From positions 14,946 to 78,945 of the forward strand of contig CALYAK010000005.1 in NCBI GenBank assembly GCA_944393505.1: a stretch of 64,000 nucleotides of DNA, written 5' to 3'. Position numbers and translations under genes: made by a program. The DNA is from an uncultured Clostridia bacterium (lineage in GTDB: Bacteria; Bacillota; Clostridia; TANB77; CAG-508). Below, piece after piece: positions 20,687 to 30,398 of this stretch. The notes beneath the pieces were generated by a model. The model did no database searches. It saw nothing but the letters and a program-made list of their open reading frames with translations, and was not told where the DNA came from. Every line of letters starts with the position of its first letter. The first letter of the stretch is position 1.

Positions 20687-20725
20687 CATGTGGTTCAGGA
20701 AAGAAATATAAGAATTGTTGTGGAA
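20687..20725 (+). repeat. Direct repeat copy 2 (orphan secA 3'-end duplicate)
   Basis: Identical to 16768-16806. In the secA frame it reads [15 protein letters not shown], with a stop at 20733-20735. Confidence 0.95.
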
Positions 20726-20826
20726 GAAATCAGTAATTTTAACTTGATGGAATTAAATTATAAAGATGTCGACATTCATTGTTGGCATCTTATTCTTTTA
20801 TTAGGATTTAGTAAAGGAAAGATAAT

Positions 20827-20922
20827 ATGGTAAGTGTAAGAAAAAGAGGAAAGGTTAATGAATATTGTCTTGAAATTGCACCAGTATATGATAAAAGAAT
20901 AGCAATAAAAAATATAATTTGA
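20827..20922 (+). pseudogene. Probable remnant of a tyrosine integrase N-terminus (arm-binding/AP2-like domain)
   Basis: 31 codons, MVSVRKRGKVNEYCLEIAPVYDKRIAIKNII*, with an AAGGAAAG RBS. The M.S.RKRGK...Y pattern is typical of phage/ICE integrase N-termini. It sits ~100 nt from repeat copy 2. Confidence 0.3.
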
Positions 20923-21059
20923 TATAATATAGAAAACATATAATATGAGTATTATTAGTTTATAAAACTATATACTAATCTTTTGTTTTAATAATAGTTA
21001 AGTAACTATGTAAAAATTACATAGAGATTAATTAATGCTATATGAAAAGGAGATTGTCT

Positions 21060-21419
21060 ATGAGCATTTTAGGAAATATATTATGGTTCATCTTTGGAGG
21101 TCTCTTAAGTGGACTTTCTTGGATATTATCTGGAGTAATTTGGTGCATTACTATTGTCGGTATACCTTATGGTAGGCAATGTTTTAAGTTTGCATCAATG
21201 TCATTTGCTCCGTTTGGAAAAGAAATAGAATATGGAGGTGGAGTTCCATCATTATTTGCAAATGTAATATGGATCATCCTCTTTGGTATTCCAATGGCTC
21301 TCGAAAATTTAATTTTTGGCTGTTTATGGTGCATAACCATAGTAGGAATACCATTTGGCTTGCAATTTTTCAAAATTGCAAAACTTTCTCTTGCACCTTT
21401 TGGAGCCAAGATAGTTTAA
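21060..21419 (+). CDS. YccF domain-containing inner membrane protein (DUF307)
   Basis: Two WCITIVGIP(Y/F)G repeats. ATG at 21060 with an AAAGGAG RBS. Confidence 0.8.
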   Translation: MSILGNILWFIFGGLLSGLSWILSGVIWCITIVGIPYGRQCFKFASMSFAPFGKEIEYGGGVPSLFANVIWIILFGIPMALENLIFGCLWCITIVGIPFGLQFFKIAKLSLAPFGAKIV

Positions 21420-21755
21420 GTACTTATAAAAAAACATCAATTTAAGATTTGTGTAATTTTCGAGAGAGAATCATTAGAGATAGTGATTCTCTTTTAGTCT
21501 TATAATATTAGCAAATATTTTTTAAGATATGTAGTTAAATAGTAGAATAATTAAAAGATATATGTTATTCTAGTGACGGAGTAATAAAAAAATAAATGAG
21601 GGAAAAATATATTAGTAAATAAATTTTCTGTATGGTAAAATATTTATAGTAAGACCTAGGTAAGGTAGCTAAATGCTAAGCGTATGTTAAGTACGCTGCC
21701 TCCTAGGCATTTTTATTATAACCGTAATCCAAAAGGTGACATAGTAAGATTAGTA

Positions 21756-21786
21756 CTCTTATCCGTTATTTGGATAAGAGTTTTTT
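21756..21786 (+). terminator. Strong orphan rho-independent terminator
   Basis: Arms ctcttatcc (21756-21764) and ggataagag (21772-21780), then T6. It lies 340 nt after yccF and 170 nt before the GNAT gene, so no annotated CDS ends here. Confidence 0.6.
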
Positions 21787-21958
21787 GTTACTGTATAATT
21801 ACATATTATCATATAAACGTATCTTGTCTGCTCTAAAAAGAGGGAGGTGTACAAACGATAAAGAAATGATTCTTTAATCGCTATTAAATTAATCAAATAA
21901 CCTGAAAAATGAAAAAATTTACGATATAATTAGTAAAAAAGATTAAGGAGATGAGTTG

Positions 21959-22441
21959 ATGAAAATAATCGAATATAACCCAAATTATTTAGAAGATGTA
22001 AGAAATTTACTAACAGAGTTAGAAGAATACCTTGTTTCAATTGATCAAGACCATTTGGATCAAGTTCATCCAGATTATTATGAAAAAATGGCACTCGTCG
22101 ATTTGGAAGAAATCAAAAAGAATCATGGTAAATGCTATTTAGCGATCGAAGAGGACAAGATAATTGGATTAATTATGGGAATGATACCAGACTATACGCA
22201 ATATGACTATTTAGATTACAAGTGCCCGAAAAAAGGAGTTATCACAGAGCTAATTGTTACTGCTCAAACAAGAAGCAAAGGAATTGGAAATGCTTTAATC
22301 GAACCAATGGAAGGATATTTTAAGGAAAATCATTGCGAATATGTTTTTGTGGATGTATTTGCCTATAATCAAAATGCCATCAATTTTTATGAAAAGAAAG
22401 GCTATCATCCAAGAATGTATACAAACATCAAAAAAATATAG
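21959..22441 (+). CDS. GNAT family N-acetyltransferase
   Basis: About 160 aa. Acetyl-CoA binding motif (VTAQTRSKGIGNALI) and C-terminal NQNAINFYEKKGY. Confidence 0.8.
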   Translation: MKIIEYNPNYLEDVRNLLTELEEYLVSIDQDHLDQVHPDYYEKMALVDLEEIKKNHGKCYLAIEEDKIIGLIMGMIPDYTQYDYLDYKCPKKGVITELIVTAQTRSKGIGNALIEPMEGYFKENHCEYVFVDVFAYNQNAINFYEKKGYHPRMYTNIKKI

Positions 22442-22549
22442 CCTTATACTTTAACTTAATCGAAAACACTTGACTTAAAGTATACTTTAAGTTGTATAAA
22501 ATAAGAAGAAAAAGAAACTAGATAAATAGAAGAAGCGGAGGGATTCTTT

Positions 22550-22849
22550 TTGAAAACATTGTATTTTGATTGCTCAAGTGGAATTAGTGGAAATATGACA
22601 TTAGGAGCATTATTAGAAATTGTTGGAGATGAAAATTACTTATTAGAAGAATTAAAAAAATTAAAAGTCGATGGATATAAAATCGAAATATCGAAAAAAG
22701 TGAAAAATGGTATTACTGGAACCTATGTCGATGTTATTTTAGAAGAAGAACATCACCATCATGAACATGATTCGCACGAGCATGAGCATGAGCACCATCA
22801 TCATCATCTTCATATGAAAGTAGAGCAATTTACAGAAAAAAAGAAATAG
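22550..22849 (+). pseudogene. larC: N-terminal fragment of nickel-insertion protein LarC (DUF111)
   Basis: MKTLYFDCSSGISGNMTLGALLEI plus a His-rich stretch (HHHHEHDSHEHEHEHHHHH), then a stop at 99 aa. Full-length LarC is about four times longer. No continuation is visible in any frame and there is no larB/larE nearby. Confidence 0.6.
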
Positions 22850-23028
22850 TTACTTTAAAATTGAAAAGAGAAAGGGAAAAATATGAAATATTTTATCCTA
22901 TACCTTCTATGTTCCTATCTGGATTTTTAATTGATTTCATGGGAATTACAGTATCGTAAAATTTGTTATATAGCCCAATAGCATCCTAAGTATAGAATAG
23001 ACGAAAAAGCCTATTCTTTTGTTTTTCG

Positions 23029-23057
23029 TTGACATATTTTAGGAAAATCGATATAAT
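23029..23057 (+). promoter_or_regulatory. Consensus sigma-A type promoter upstream of prfB
   Basis: TTGACA (23029-23034), a 17-nt spacer, then TATAAT (23052-23057). Confidence 0.65.
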
Positions 23058-23121
23058 CTTATAGTAAACTTATAAGAATTTAATTAAATTCTATAGAAAA
23101 AACTGTAAAGGAGTAGTACAC

Positions 23122-24238
23122 GTGATCAGTTTAGAAGAAAATCAACAAATACTTATCAATCTAAAAGAAAAATTAACCGATATTGGAGACTCTCTTTGAC
23201 GTTGCTAATTTAGAAGCTCAATTAAAAAAACTGGAAGCTCAAACTTTCGAGCCGAACTTTTGGGAAGACAGCAAAAAAAATGCGGGAATTTTGAAACAAA
23301 TTAATCAAATAAAAGGAAAAATCGAGCAATATAAAAAAGTAAAATCAGAGCTTGAAAGTGTATTAGAAATGAATGAGTTACTTTTAGCAGAACCAATGGA
23401 AGATATGCAGCAAGAAGTCTTTGACTCTACTAAAAAGTTAGAGAAAGCATTGGAAAAACTAGAAATTAGCACTTTACTTTCCGGAAAATATGATCAAAAT
23501 AATGCAATCATTACACTACATCCAGGAGCTGGTGGAACAGAAGCTCAAGATTGGGCAGAAATGCTTTATCGTATGTATACAAGATGGGCAAATGATAATG
23601 GATATACCGTAACAGAATTAGATTATCTAGATGGTGATGAAGCTGGATTAAAGAGTGTAACTGCTTTAATTTCTGGAGACTACGCTTATGGTTATTTAAA
23701 AGGGGAACAGGGAGTTCATCGTCTTGTGCGTATTTCTCCATTTGATGCGGGAGGAAGAAGACATACTTCCTTTGCTTCTTTGGAAGTGTTACCAGAAATT
23801 GCAGATGATATCGAATTAGAAATCAATCCAGATGATTTAAGAGTAGATACTTATCGTGCATCAGGAGCTGGAGGACAACATGTCAATAAAACTTCTTCTG
23901 CTGTTCGTATTACACACATTCCAACTAATATTGTTGTTAGCTGTCAATCCGAACGATCACAAATTCAAAATCGTGAGACAGCGATGAAGATGTTGAAATC
24001 TAAACTGTTGGATCTAAAAGAAAAAGAACAAAAAGATACAATAGAAGAATTGAAGGGAATCCAAATGGATATTGCTTGGGGAAGCCAAATTCGTTCGTAT
24101 GTTTTTTGCCCTTATACATTAGTAAAAGATCATCGAACCAATTATGAAGTTGGTAATGTGCAAGCTGTTATGGATGGAGATATCAATGGTTTTATTGATT
24201 CTTACTTAAAACTTCAAGCAAAAAAGAAGGAAGAGTAG
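23122..24238 (+). CDS. prfB: Peptide chain release factor 2, with programmed +1 frameshift
   Basis: GTG at 23122 with an AAAGGAG RBS. Frame 0 reads 25 codons, then CTT TGA C (TGA at 23197-23199) with an internal GGAG 6 nt upstream. The +1 frame from 23198 continues DVANLEAQL...SPFDAGGRRHTSFASLEV...SGAGGQHVNKT. Confidence 0.95.
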
Positions 24239-24366
24239 AGAACTCGAAAAAAGAGAAGAACAAAAAGATATCGTTCACATCTCTTTTTTCAAAACAATAT
24301 AATAAACTAAGTAGATTTATAATTAAATTTACTTTTGTATTCATGAGTAAAGAGGTGCCAATAAAT

Positions 24367-25551
24367 ATGGACACAGTAGTTTTAAAATTTGGAGGAAGTT
24401 CTGTTGCAGATAATATTAAATTAAATATTGTGGCAGACAAAATATTAGAGTTTTATAATCAAAATAACAATGTAATTGTTGTTGTTTCTGCACAAGGAAA
24501 AACAACAGATGGCTTAATTAAAGAAGCTAAAGAATTATCGGCGATTCCAGACAGCCGAGAAATGGATGTTTTATTAAGTACTGGAGAACAGGTTACTATT
24601 TCAAAATTATGTATTTTATTAAAAAGATTAGGTTATGATGCGATTTCATTAACTGGATGGCAAGCTGGTATTTTTACAGACAGTAATAGTCAAGAAGCTA
24701 AAATTGAATGCATTCATACCGAAAGAATTCAAAAAGAGTTAGATGAAAGAAAAATTGTTGTCATCGCAGGTTTTCAAGGAATTGACGAAAACGGAGATAT
24801 TACCACATTAGGAAGAGGTGGATCAGACACAACTGCTGTTGCAATTGCTGCTGCAATAAAAGCTGCTCATTGCTATATTTTCTCAGATGTTGATGGTGTT
24901 TATACGACAGATCCCAATAAAGTTACCATTGCGAAAAAATTAAATTCATTATCTTATGAAGAAATGTTAGATATTTCAAATGAAGGTGCAAAGGTTTTAC
25001 ACAACCGTTGTGTTGAAATTGGAGAACGTTTTCATATTCCAATTGTAACAAAATCAACTTTTAACAATCTTCCAGGAAGTACAATTTGCGATAAAATTGA
25101 AGATACGGAAGTAAAAAGTATTGTAAAAAATGACAACATTATCTTAGTACAAATTACATCAAATTCTTATCGAACCAAAGATTTTTATGATCTTTATTCC
25201 AAATTAGTAACAGAGAAAAATCTTTCCATTATGGATTTATCGAATAGCAGTAATCACAATTTAAATGTTACTTTTACGATCAAATTAGATCAACTTACTT
25301 TGTTACAAAATGCCTTAGATACTTACTTTCCAACTTATCAAGTATCGTATAAAAATATTACTAGAATTTCGATTATCGGTCATGGAATCCTAAAAAATCA
25401 TGATATTTTAAATAAAACACTATCTGTTTTGCAAGCGAATAATTTGGAAGTTACATCCTTTGATGTGACAGGATCGAAAATCGCAATCAATTTTGCAGAA
25501 CCATTAGAAAATAATATCTTAGAACAACTTCACAATTGTTTAATTTCATAA
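24367..25551 (+). CDS. Aspartate kinase
   Basis: VVLKFGGSSVAD, GRGGSDTTA, and C-terminal ACT repeats. The ATG at 24367 has an AGAGGTG RBS (the track ORF starts at 24343). Confidence 0.9.
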   Translation: MDTVVLKFGGSSVADNIKLNIVADKILEFYNQNNNVIVVVSAQGKTTDGLIKEAKELSAIPDSREMDVLLSTGEQVTISKLCILLKRLGYDAISLTGWQAGIFTDSNSQEAKIECIHTERIQKELDERKIVVIAGFQGIDENGDITTLGRGGSDTTAVAIAAAIKAAHCYIFSDVDGVYTTDPNKVTIAKKLNSLSYEEMLDISNEGAKVLHNRCVEIGERFHIPIVTKSTFNNLPGSTICDKIEDTEVKSIVKNDNIILVQITSNSYRTKDFYDLYSKLVTEKNLSIMDLSNSSNHNLNVTFTIKLDQLTLLQNALDTYFPTYQVSYKNITRISIIGHGILKNHDILNKTLSVLQANNLEVTSFDVTGSKIAINFAEPLENNILEQLHNCLIS

Positions 25552-25662
25552 GAAGAAAAAATCGGTTGAATCAATGATTTCGCCGATTTTTTTGTTCTAA
25601 AAAAGGACGAGATTGAATATATATAAGTTAGAGCTAAAAAGTTAAGAAAGTGGGGAAGAGGA

Positions 25663-25971
25663 ATGGTTTCTGGAGAAGAAAGAAAAATGTCTAGTTTAAA
25701 TTCCAATAGTGCAATTCAAAATTTAGTGTTAGAAAATCGAGAAAAGCTTAGTATTTCTGGCGTTTTGGATGTACTTAGCTTTGATGATCAAATTGTTATT
25801 TTAGAAACGGAACTTGGGTTATTAACGATCAAGGGTGAGAATATTCGTATTAACAAATTAAGTATCGATACAACAGAAGTGGTTTTAGAAGGAGAGATTA
25901 CGAGTATGAGTTATACGGATAAAGAAACCACGAAAAAAGAGTCTAGTTTTCTTGGAAAAATATTTAAATAA
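25663..25971 (+). CDS. yabP: Sporulation protein YabP
   Basis: LSISGVLDVLSFDDQIVILETELGLLTIKGENIRINKLSIDTTEVVLEGEI. An alternative start is at 25687. Confidence 0.8.
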   Translation: MVSGEERKMSSLNSNSAIQNLVLENREKLSISGVLDVLSFDDQIVILETELGLLTIKGENIRINKLSIDTTEVVLEGEITSMSYTDKETTKKESSFLGKIFK

Positions 25972-25984
25972 AAGGATTTGATCT

Positions 25985-26497
25985 ATGAACAATAGCATTG
26001 AGCAAGCACAAGTTTTTGTTATTTTTATCCTAGTTGGAAGCATCATCGGAATATTTTTTGATTGTTTCCGTATTCTAAGAAAAGTAATTAAAACATCTGA
26101 TTTGATGACTGCCTTAGAAGACGGAATATTTTGGATTTTAACAGGCCTTTTTTTAATCTATATGATATTTGTTTTTAATAATGGAGAAATTCGCTTATTT
26201 TTAATTTTAGGAGCTTTTGTTGGATTGATTTTATATTTTATGACCATTAGCAAATTCTTTGTTAAATTATCTATAAAAATAATTCAATTCGTTAATCAAT
26301 ATTTCTTCAGACCGATTTTGAAAGTAATCCTTCTTTTGCTAAAACCTTTTAAATTTCTCTTTCTTCTTTTTAAGAAAAAAGTCATTATTTGTTTAATTAA
26401 AATAAGAGAACGTAAAAAAATGCTGAAAGAAAAATCAAAAAAGAAAAAATTTACATTTTTTTCAAAAAAACCGACAAAAAAAGAAGGAATTTTGTAA
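25985..26497 (+). CDS. yabQ: Spore cortex biosynthesis protein YabQ
   Basis: Multi-TM protein directly after yabP, with a basic C-terminal tail. Conserved yabP-yabQ-divIC order. Confidence 0.7.
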   Translation: MNNSIEQAQVFVIFILVGSIIGIFFDCFRILRKVIKTSDLMTALEDGIFWILTGLFLIYMIFVFNNGEIRLFLILGAFVGLILYFMTISKFFVKLSIKIIQFVNQYFFRPILKVILLLLKPFKFLFLLFKKKVIICLIKIRERKKMLKEKSKKKKFTFFSKKPTKKEGIL

Positions 26498-26557
26498 GTT
26501 ATGTAGAAAAATATAGGTATAAAGTTCTATTTTTATAATTTAGCTGGAGATTAACAT

Positions 26558-26833
26558 ATGAAAATTTTAAAAGGATTTGGTAAACGAATTCTATTAATTG
26601 CTTTTGCTATCTATGTTATTTATACTTTATATTCACAGCAATTAACCTTAAATGCTTATCAAGCAGATGCAGATCGTTATCAAGAACAAATCGTTGCAGA
26701 ACAAGAAACAAAAGAAGAATTGAATTCGATTAAAGAAAACATTAATTCAGATGAGTATATTGAAGATATGGCAAGAGAAAAGCTTGGCATGTATTTACCA
26801 AATGAAAGAGTTTATATTGATATTACTAAATAA
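26558..26833 (+). CDS. divIC: Septum formation initiator (DivIC/FtsB family)
   Basis: 91 aa. N-terminal TM helix plus coiled coil, with a YIEDMAREKLGM tail. Confidence 0.75.
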   Translation: MKILKGFGKRILLIAFAIYVIYTLYSQQLTLNAYQADADRYQEQIVAEQETKEELNSIKENINSDEYIEDMAREKLGMYLPNERVYIDITK

Positions 26834-26986
26834 TATATGAGTTCCATCAAGAGGCTTTATTTTCATAAGCCTCTTGTAAAATTTATTCCAAAAATTTATT
26901 TCTTTTATTTCTATCCAAAAATCCAATATTTAATTAATAAAAAATAGATTGAAATCAATAAAACAATAAAATTATAGGGGGAATTT

Positions 26987-28327
26987 ATGAATTATAATGA
27001 TTGTACACTAGTCGAATTACGCCAACTTGCAAAAGAACGTGGCGCTAAAAATGTTTCAAAATTAAAAAAAGCCGAGCTTTTAGAATTATTAGAGCAATCG
27101 GAAACAAATTTGGAAAGTCAACAGGAAGCAAAGCAAGTCTCTCATTCTTCGGATCGTTTAGAAGAAGACTTAAATGAAAAGGCATCCTATAAAATAACAA
27201 GTGAGGACGATGAAATTGTCGAAGGTATATTAGAAGTACTACCAGATGGATATGGTTTTTTAAGAGGTGAAAACTATCTTTCTACACCAAAAGATGTCTA
27301 TATTTCACCAGTTCAAATTCGAAGATTTCGTTTGGATAAAGGAGATAAAGTAAAAGGAATCGCTCGACAGCCAAAAGAAGGCGAACGTTTCCCAGCTTTA
27401 ATTTATGTAGGTGAGGTGAATGGAGAAGCTCCAGAAAAAGCATATCGTCGCGCCAAATTTGATGATTTAATTCCAATTTATCCTGAAGAACGTTTAAGGT
27501 TAGAAACAAATTCAAAGGATTATGCGATGCGTTTAATCGATTTGATTTCACCAGTCGGCAAAGGTCAGAGAGGAATGATTGTTGCTCCACCGAAAGTAGG
27601 AAAGACTACTTTGTTAAAAATGATTGCCAATAGTATTACAACAAATAACCCAGAAGTTGAACTAATCGTACTTTTAATTGATGAAAGACCAGAAGAAGTT
27701 ACCGATATGAAAAGAAGTATTAAAGGAGATGTTATCTATTCCACTTTTGACGAACTTCCAGAGCATCATGTAAAAGTCGCTGAAATGGTATTAGAAAGAG
27801 CAAAAAGATTAACGGAACACAAAAAAGATGTTGTTATTTTGTTAGACAGTATTACTCGTCTTGCTCGAGCATACAACTTAGTTATTCCTTCTTCCGGAAG
27901 AACATTATCTGGAGGTTTGGATCCAAGTGCATTACATAAACCAAAAACATTTTTTGGTGCAGCAAGGAATATTGAAAATGGAGGAAGTTTAACAATTCTA
28001 GCTACTTCTTTAATTGAGACAGGCAGTAGAATGGATGATGTCATTTTTGAAGAGTTTAAAGGTACCGGCAATATGGAAGTTCACTTAGATCGTAGACTTT
28101 CTGAGAAAAGAATTTTCCCTGCAATTGATATTAATAAATCGGGAACAAGAAAAGAAGAAAAATTATTAACTCCAAGAGAATTGGAAACAGTTTATGCGCT
28201 TCGAAAAGCAATGGCTACTATGTCAACTGCAGAAGTAACTGAACAATTATTAACACAAATTATAGCTACCAAAAATAACGAAGAGTTTCTAGACCGTATG
28301 GAATATTTTTTGAAACAATTTAAGTAA
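26987..28327 (+). CDS. rho: Transcription termination factor Rho
   Basis: 446 aa. N-terminal Rho_N ([22 protein letters not shown]), an RNA-binding CSD (GYGFLR), Walker A PPKVGKTT, and RecA-type motifs. Confidence 0.95.
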   Translation: MNYNDCTLVELRQLAKERGAKNVSKLKKAELLELLEQSETNLESQQEAKQVSHSSDRLEEDLNEKASYKITSEDDEIVEGILEVLPDGYGFLRGENYLSTPKDVYISPVQIRRFRLDKGDKVKGIARQPKEGERFPALIYVGEVNGEAPEKAYRRAKFDDLIPIYPEERLRLETNSKDYAMRLIDLISPVGKGQRGMIVAPPKVGKTTLLKMIANSITTNNPEVELIVLLIDERPEEVTDMKRSIKGDVIYSTFDELPEHHVKVAEMVLERAKRLTEHKKDVVILLDSITRLARAYNLVIPSSGRTLSGGLDPSALHKPKTFFGAARNIENGGSLTILATSLIETGSRMDDVIFEEFKGTGNMEVHLDRRLSEKRIFPAIDINKSGTRKEEKLLTPRELETVYALRKAMATMSTAEVTEQLLTQIIATKNNEEFLDRMEYFLKQFK

Positions 28328-28335
28328 TCATACAT

Positions 28336-28374
28336 AACTGCACTTTTAGTTTAGAGAAGTGCAGTTGTTTTTTT
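28336..28374 (+). terminator. Rho-independent terminator after rho
   Basis: Arms aactgcactt (28336-28345) and aagtgcagtt (28357-28366), then gttttttt. Confidence 0.8.
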
Positions 28375-28386
28375 GTCAAAAAGTAA

Positions 28387-28415
28387 TTGACAAATATCTA
28401 AACATATCATAAAAT
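28387..28415 (+). promoter_or_regulatory. Sigma-A type promoter upstream of the RhuM-Doc gene
   Basis: TTGACA (28387-28392), a 17-nt spacer, then TAAAAT (28410-28415). Confidence 0.5.
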
Positions 28416-28502
28416 ACAAACAATAGTTCTGATTATAGTAAACAAATTCTATTATCTAAAAACATAGGGTAAGAACTAAACTTTATAAAAGGATGTATTT
28501 TT

Positions 28503-29462
28503 ATGAGTGAAAAAAGTAATGAAATTATTCTTTTCGAAAACCAAGAGGTTAAATTAGAAGTTAATTTAAAAGATGAAACTGTCTGGCTTAATAGACAGCA
28601 ATTAGCTAAATTATTTAACAGGGATATAAAAACTATCGGCAAACATATTAATAATGCTTTAAATGAAGAATTAAAAGATATTCCAACTGTCGCAAAATTT
28701 GCGACAGTTCAAACCGAAGGAAATAGGCGAGTAACTCGAAATATAGAATTCTACAATTTAGATATGATTTTAAGTGTTGGATATAGAGTAAAATCTGATA
28801 AAGGAATTGTTTTTAGACAATGGGCAACCAATGTATTAAAAGATTATACGCTAAAAGGATATGCCGTAAATCAAAAAAGATTAGAATACTTAGAAAAGAC
28901 AATAAAATTAATTGATATTGCCAATAGAATTGATACAAGATTAGAAGGAAATGATGCAAAAGAAATATTAAAAGTAATTGGTAATTACTCAAAAGCACTT
29001 GATCTACTTGATGATTATGACCATAGAACATTAAAGAAAATAGATGGAAATATAGACGAAAGAAAAATCGAATATAGTGAATGTATAAAAATTATAAACA
29101 AGCTTAGATTTAATGAGGGAAGTTCTTTGTTTGCAATAGAAAGAGATAGGGGATTAGAATCAATTATAGGAAATATTTATCAAAGTTTTGATGGAAAAGA
29201 TGTTTATAAAAGTATAGAAGAAAAAGGAGCCAACTTTTTATACTTAATCGTTAAAAATCATGTCTTTGCTGATGGGAATAAAAGAATTGCAGCAACTTTA
29301 TTTATATATTTTTTAAATTTTTATGGCATCTTATATAGAAATGAAAAACAAAGCATTGATAATAATACTTTAGCTGCGTTAACATTATTAATTGCGGAAT
29401 CAAATCCAAAAGAAAAAGAAGTACTTATAGATTTAGTTATGAATTTTTTAAACACTGATTAA
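28503..29462 (+). CDS. RhuM family virulence protein with a C-terminal Doc-type Fic domain
   Basis: The N-terminus reads LFENQEVKLEVNLKDETVWLNRQQLAKLF..DIKTIGKHI...VGYRVKSDKGIVFRQWATNVLKDY (RhuM). The C-terminus has HVFADGNKR (29259-29285), the Doc-like variant of the Fic motif. Confidence 0.8.
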   Translation: MSEKSNEIILFENQEVKLEVNLKDETVWLNRQQLAKLFNRDIKTIGKHINNALNEELKDIPTVAKFATVQTEGNRRVTRNIEFYNLDMILSVGYRVKSDKGIVFRQWATNVLKDYTLKGYAVNQKRLEYLEKTIKLIDIANRIDTRLEGNDAKEILKVIGNYSKALDLLDDYDHRTLKKIDGNIDERKIEYSECIKIINKLRFNEGSSLFAIERDRGLESIIGNIYQSFDGKDVYKSIEEKGANFLYLIVKNHVFADGNKRIAATLFIYFLNFYGILYRNEKQSIDNNTLAALTLLIAESNPKEKEVLIDLVMNFLNTD

Positions 29463-30304
29463 ACTGATATCTAAAAAAGGGAGGGGATCTAAGCAATTCC
29501 CACCCTGTAAATCCAATATCAAACATTGCACAAAATAAAAGTTTTGCGCATAAAGAGATAGGGGTAATCCATATCGATCCGTATTTTCTCAAAGAACTCC
29601 TATCTCAAGGTTTTCAATGCTTTTAAGCTATCTCTTATTAATTACTTTTTTATTATATCATAACTTTTCTCTTTCTTACTAGCTTTTTTTATAAAATCTT
29701 CATTTTCTCTAAATTAGCCTCTTTTTTGAGACAACAAACTATATGTCTAAAAAATAAAAACGCCTTAAAATCGATTCTCGTGCGTCGTATTTTTGGCACT
29801 TTTCTTAAAATTATTGTATCTCATACTAATTACCATATTTTGCATATTTAGATCATATATATGACTATTTATTTTATTATTAGTATAATTATCAGACTTT
29901 TATATGAGTTTAAATAAATAGCTTATAATTACAAACGAATAATTTTATTACTATATTATATTATAAAAATGTCTTAAAATTGATTTTAGAGCTTCGTAAA
30001 TATATTAATAATATTTTAACTTGAAAATGTTCGATTTTGAAATTTTTAGAATATAATAATATAATTTGTAAATTTAAAACTCTGTATAAAATTTTATTTA
30101 TAATTCATTTGTTATATATTTCATTATTTCATTTATCTTTTATATATTACTATAATTTTATAATTTGAACATTAATTTATTAAATAAATTAATTATTAAA
30201 AATCATTCTAAAATATCATTATATAAAAACGCTTATTCCCCTACTCCCTATTGTTCTATCCAGCTTTAAATTCTGTATATTTTTTTCTGTTTCTTTTGAT
30301 TTGT

Positions 30305-30367
30305 ATGTATAAAAAATCAAAAAAATTATACATATTTATAAAACATGTATAATTTCTAGTTTGTATT
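30305..30367. repeat. Left copy of the ~60-bp direct repeat flanking the fic gene
   Basis: atgtataaaaaatcaaaaaaattatacatatttataaaacatgtataatttctagtttgtatt matches 31515-31574 with a handful of mismatches. It contains an internal inverted repeat (atgtataa..ttatacat). On the minus strand it has TTATAC, 16 nt, then tgTATAAT. Confidence 0.8.
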
Positions 30368-30398
30368 ATCAAAGTTTTGGACATATTTAAAGTAATAT

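Larger units (their letters stand above)
16768..20725 (+). mobile_element. Integrase-less genomic islet inserted at the secA 3' end, bounded by 39-bp direct repeats
   Basis: Perfect 39-bp direct repeat. The distal copy still encodes an alternative SecA tail ([15 protein letters not shown]). The interior is visibly more AT-rich than secA. An integrase N-terminal stub lies just outside the distal repeat. Confidence 0.6.

Noticed and set aside
22730-22810. His-rich tract as an independent metal-binding peptide gene
   Set aside because: It is the native His-rich segment of LarC in its normal position after the DUF111 N-terminus. It is best explained as part of a truncated larC.
29700-30300. Possible CRISPR-like or tandem array in the AT-rich stretch
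   Set aside because: Only two or three loose ~20-40 nt similarities occur, at irregular spacing (about 209 and 261 nt). There are no regular repeat-spacer units and no cas genes.
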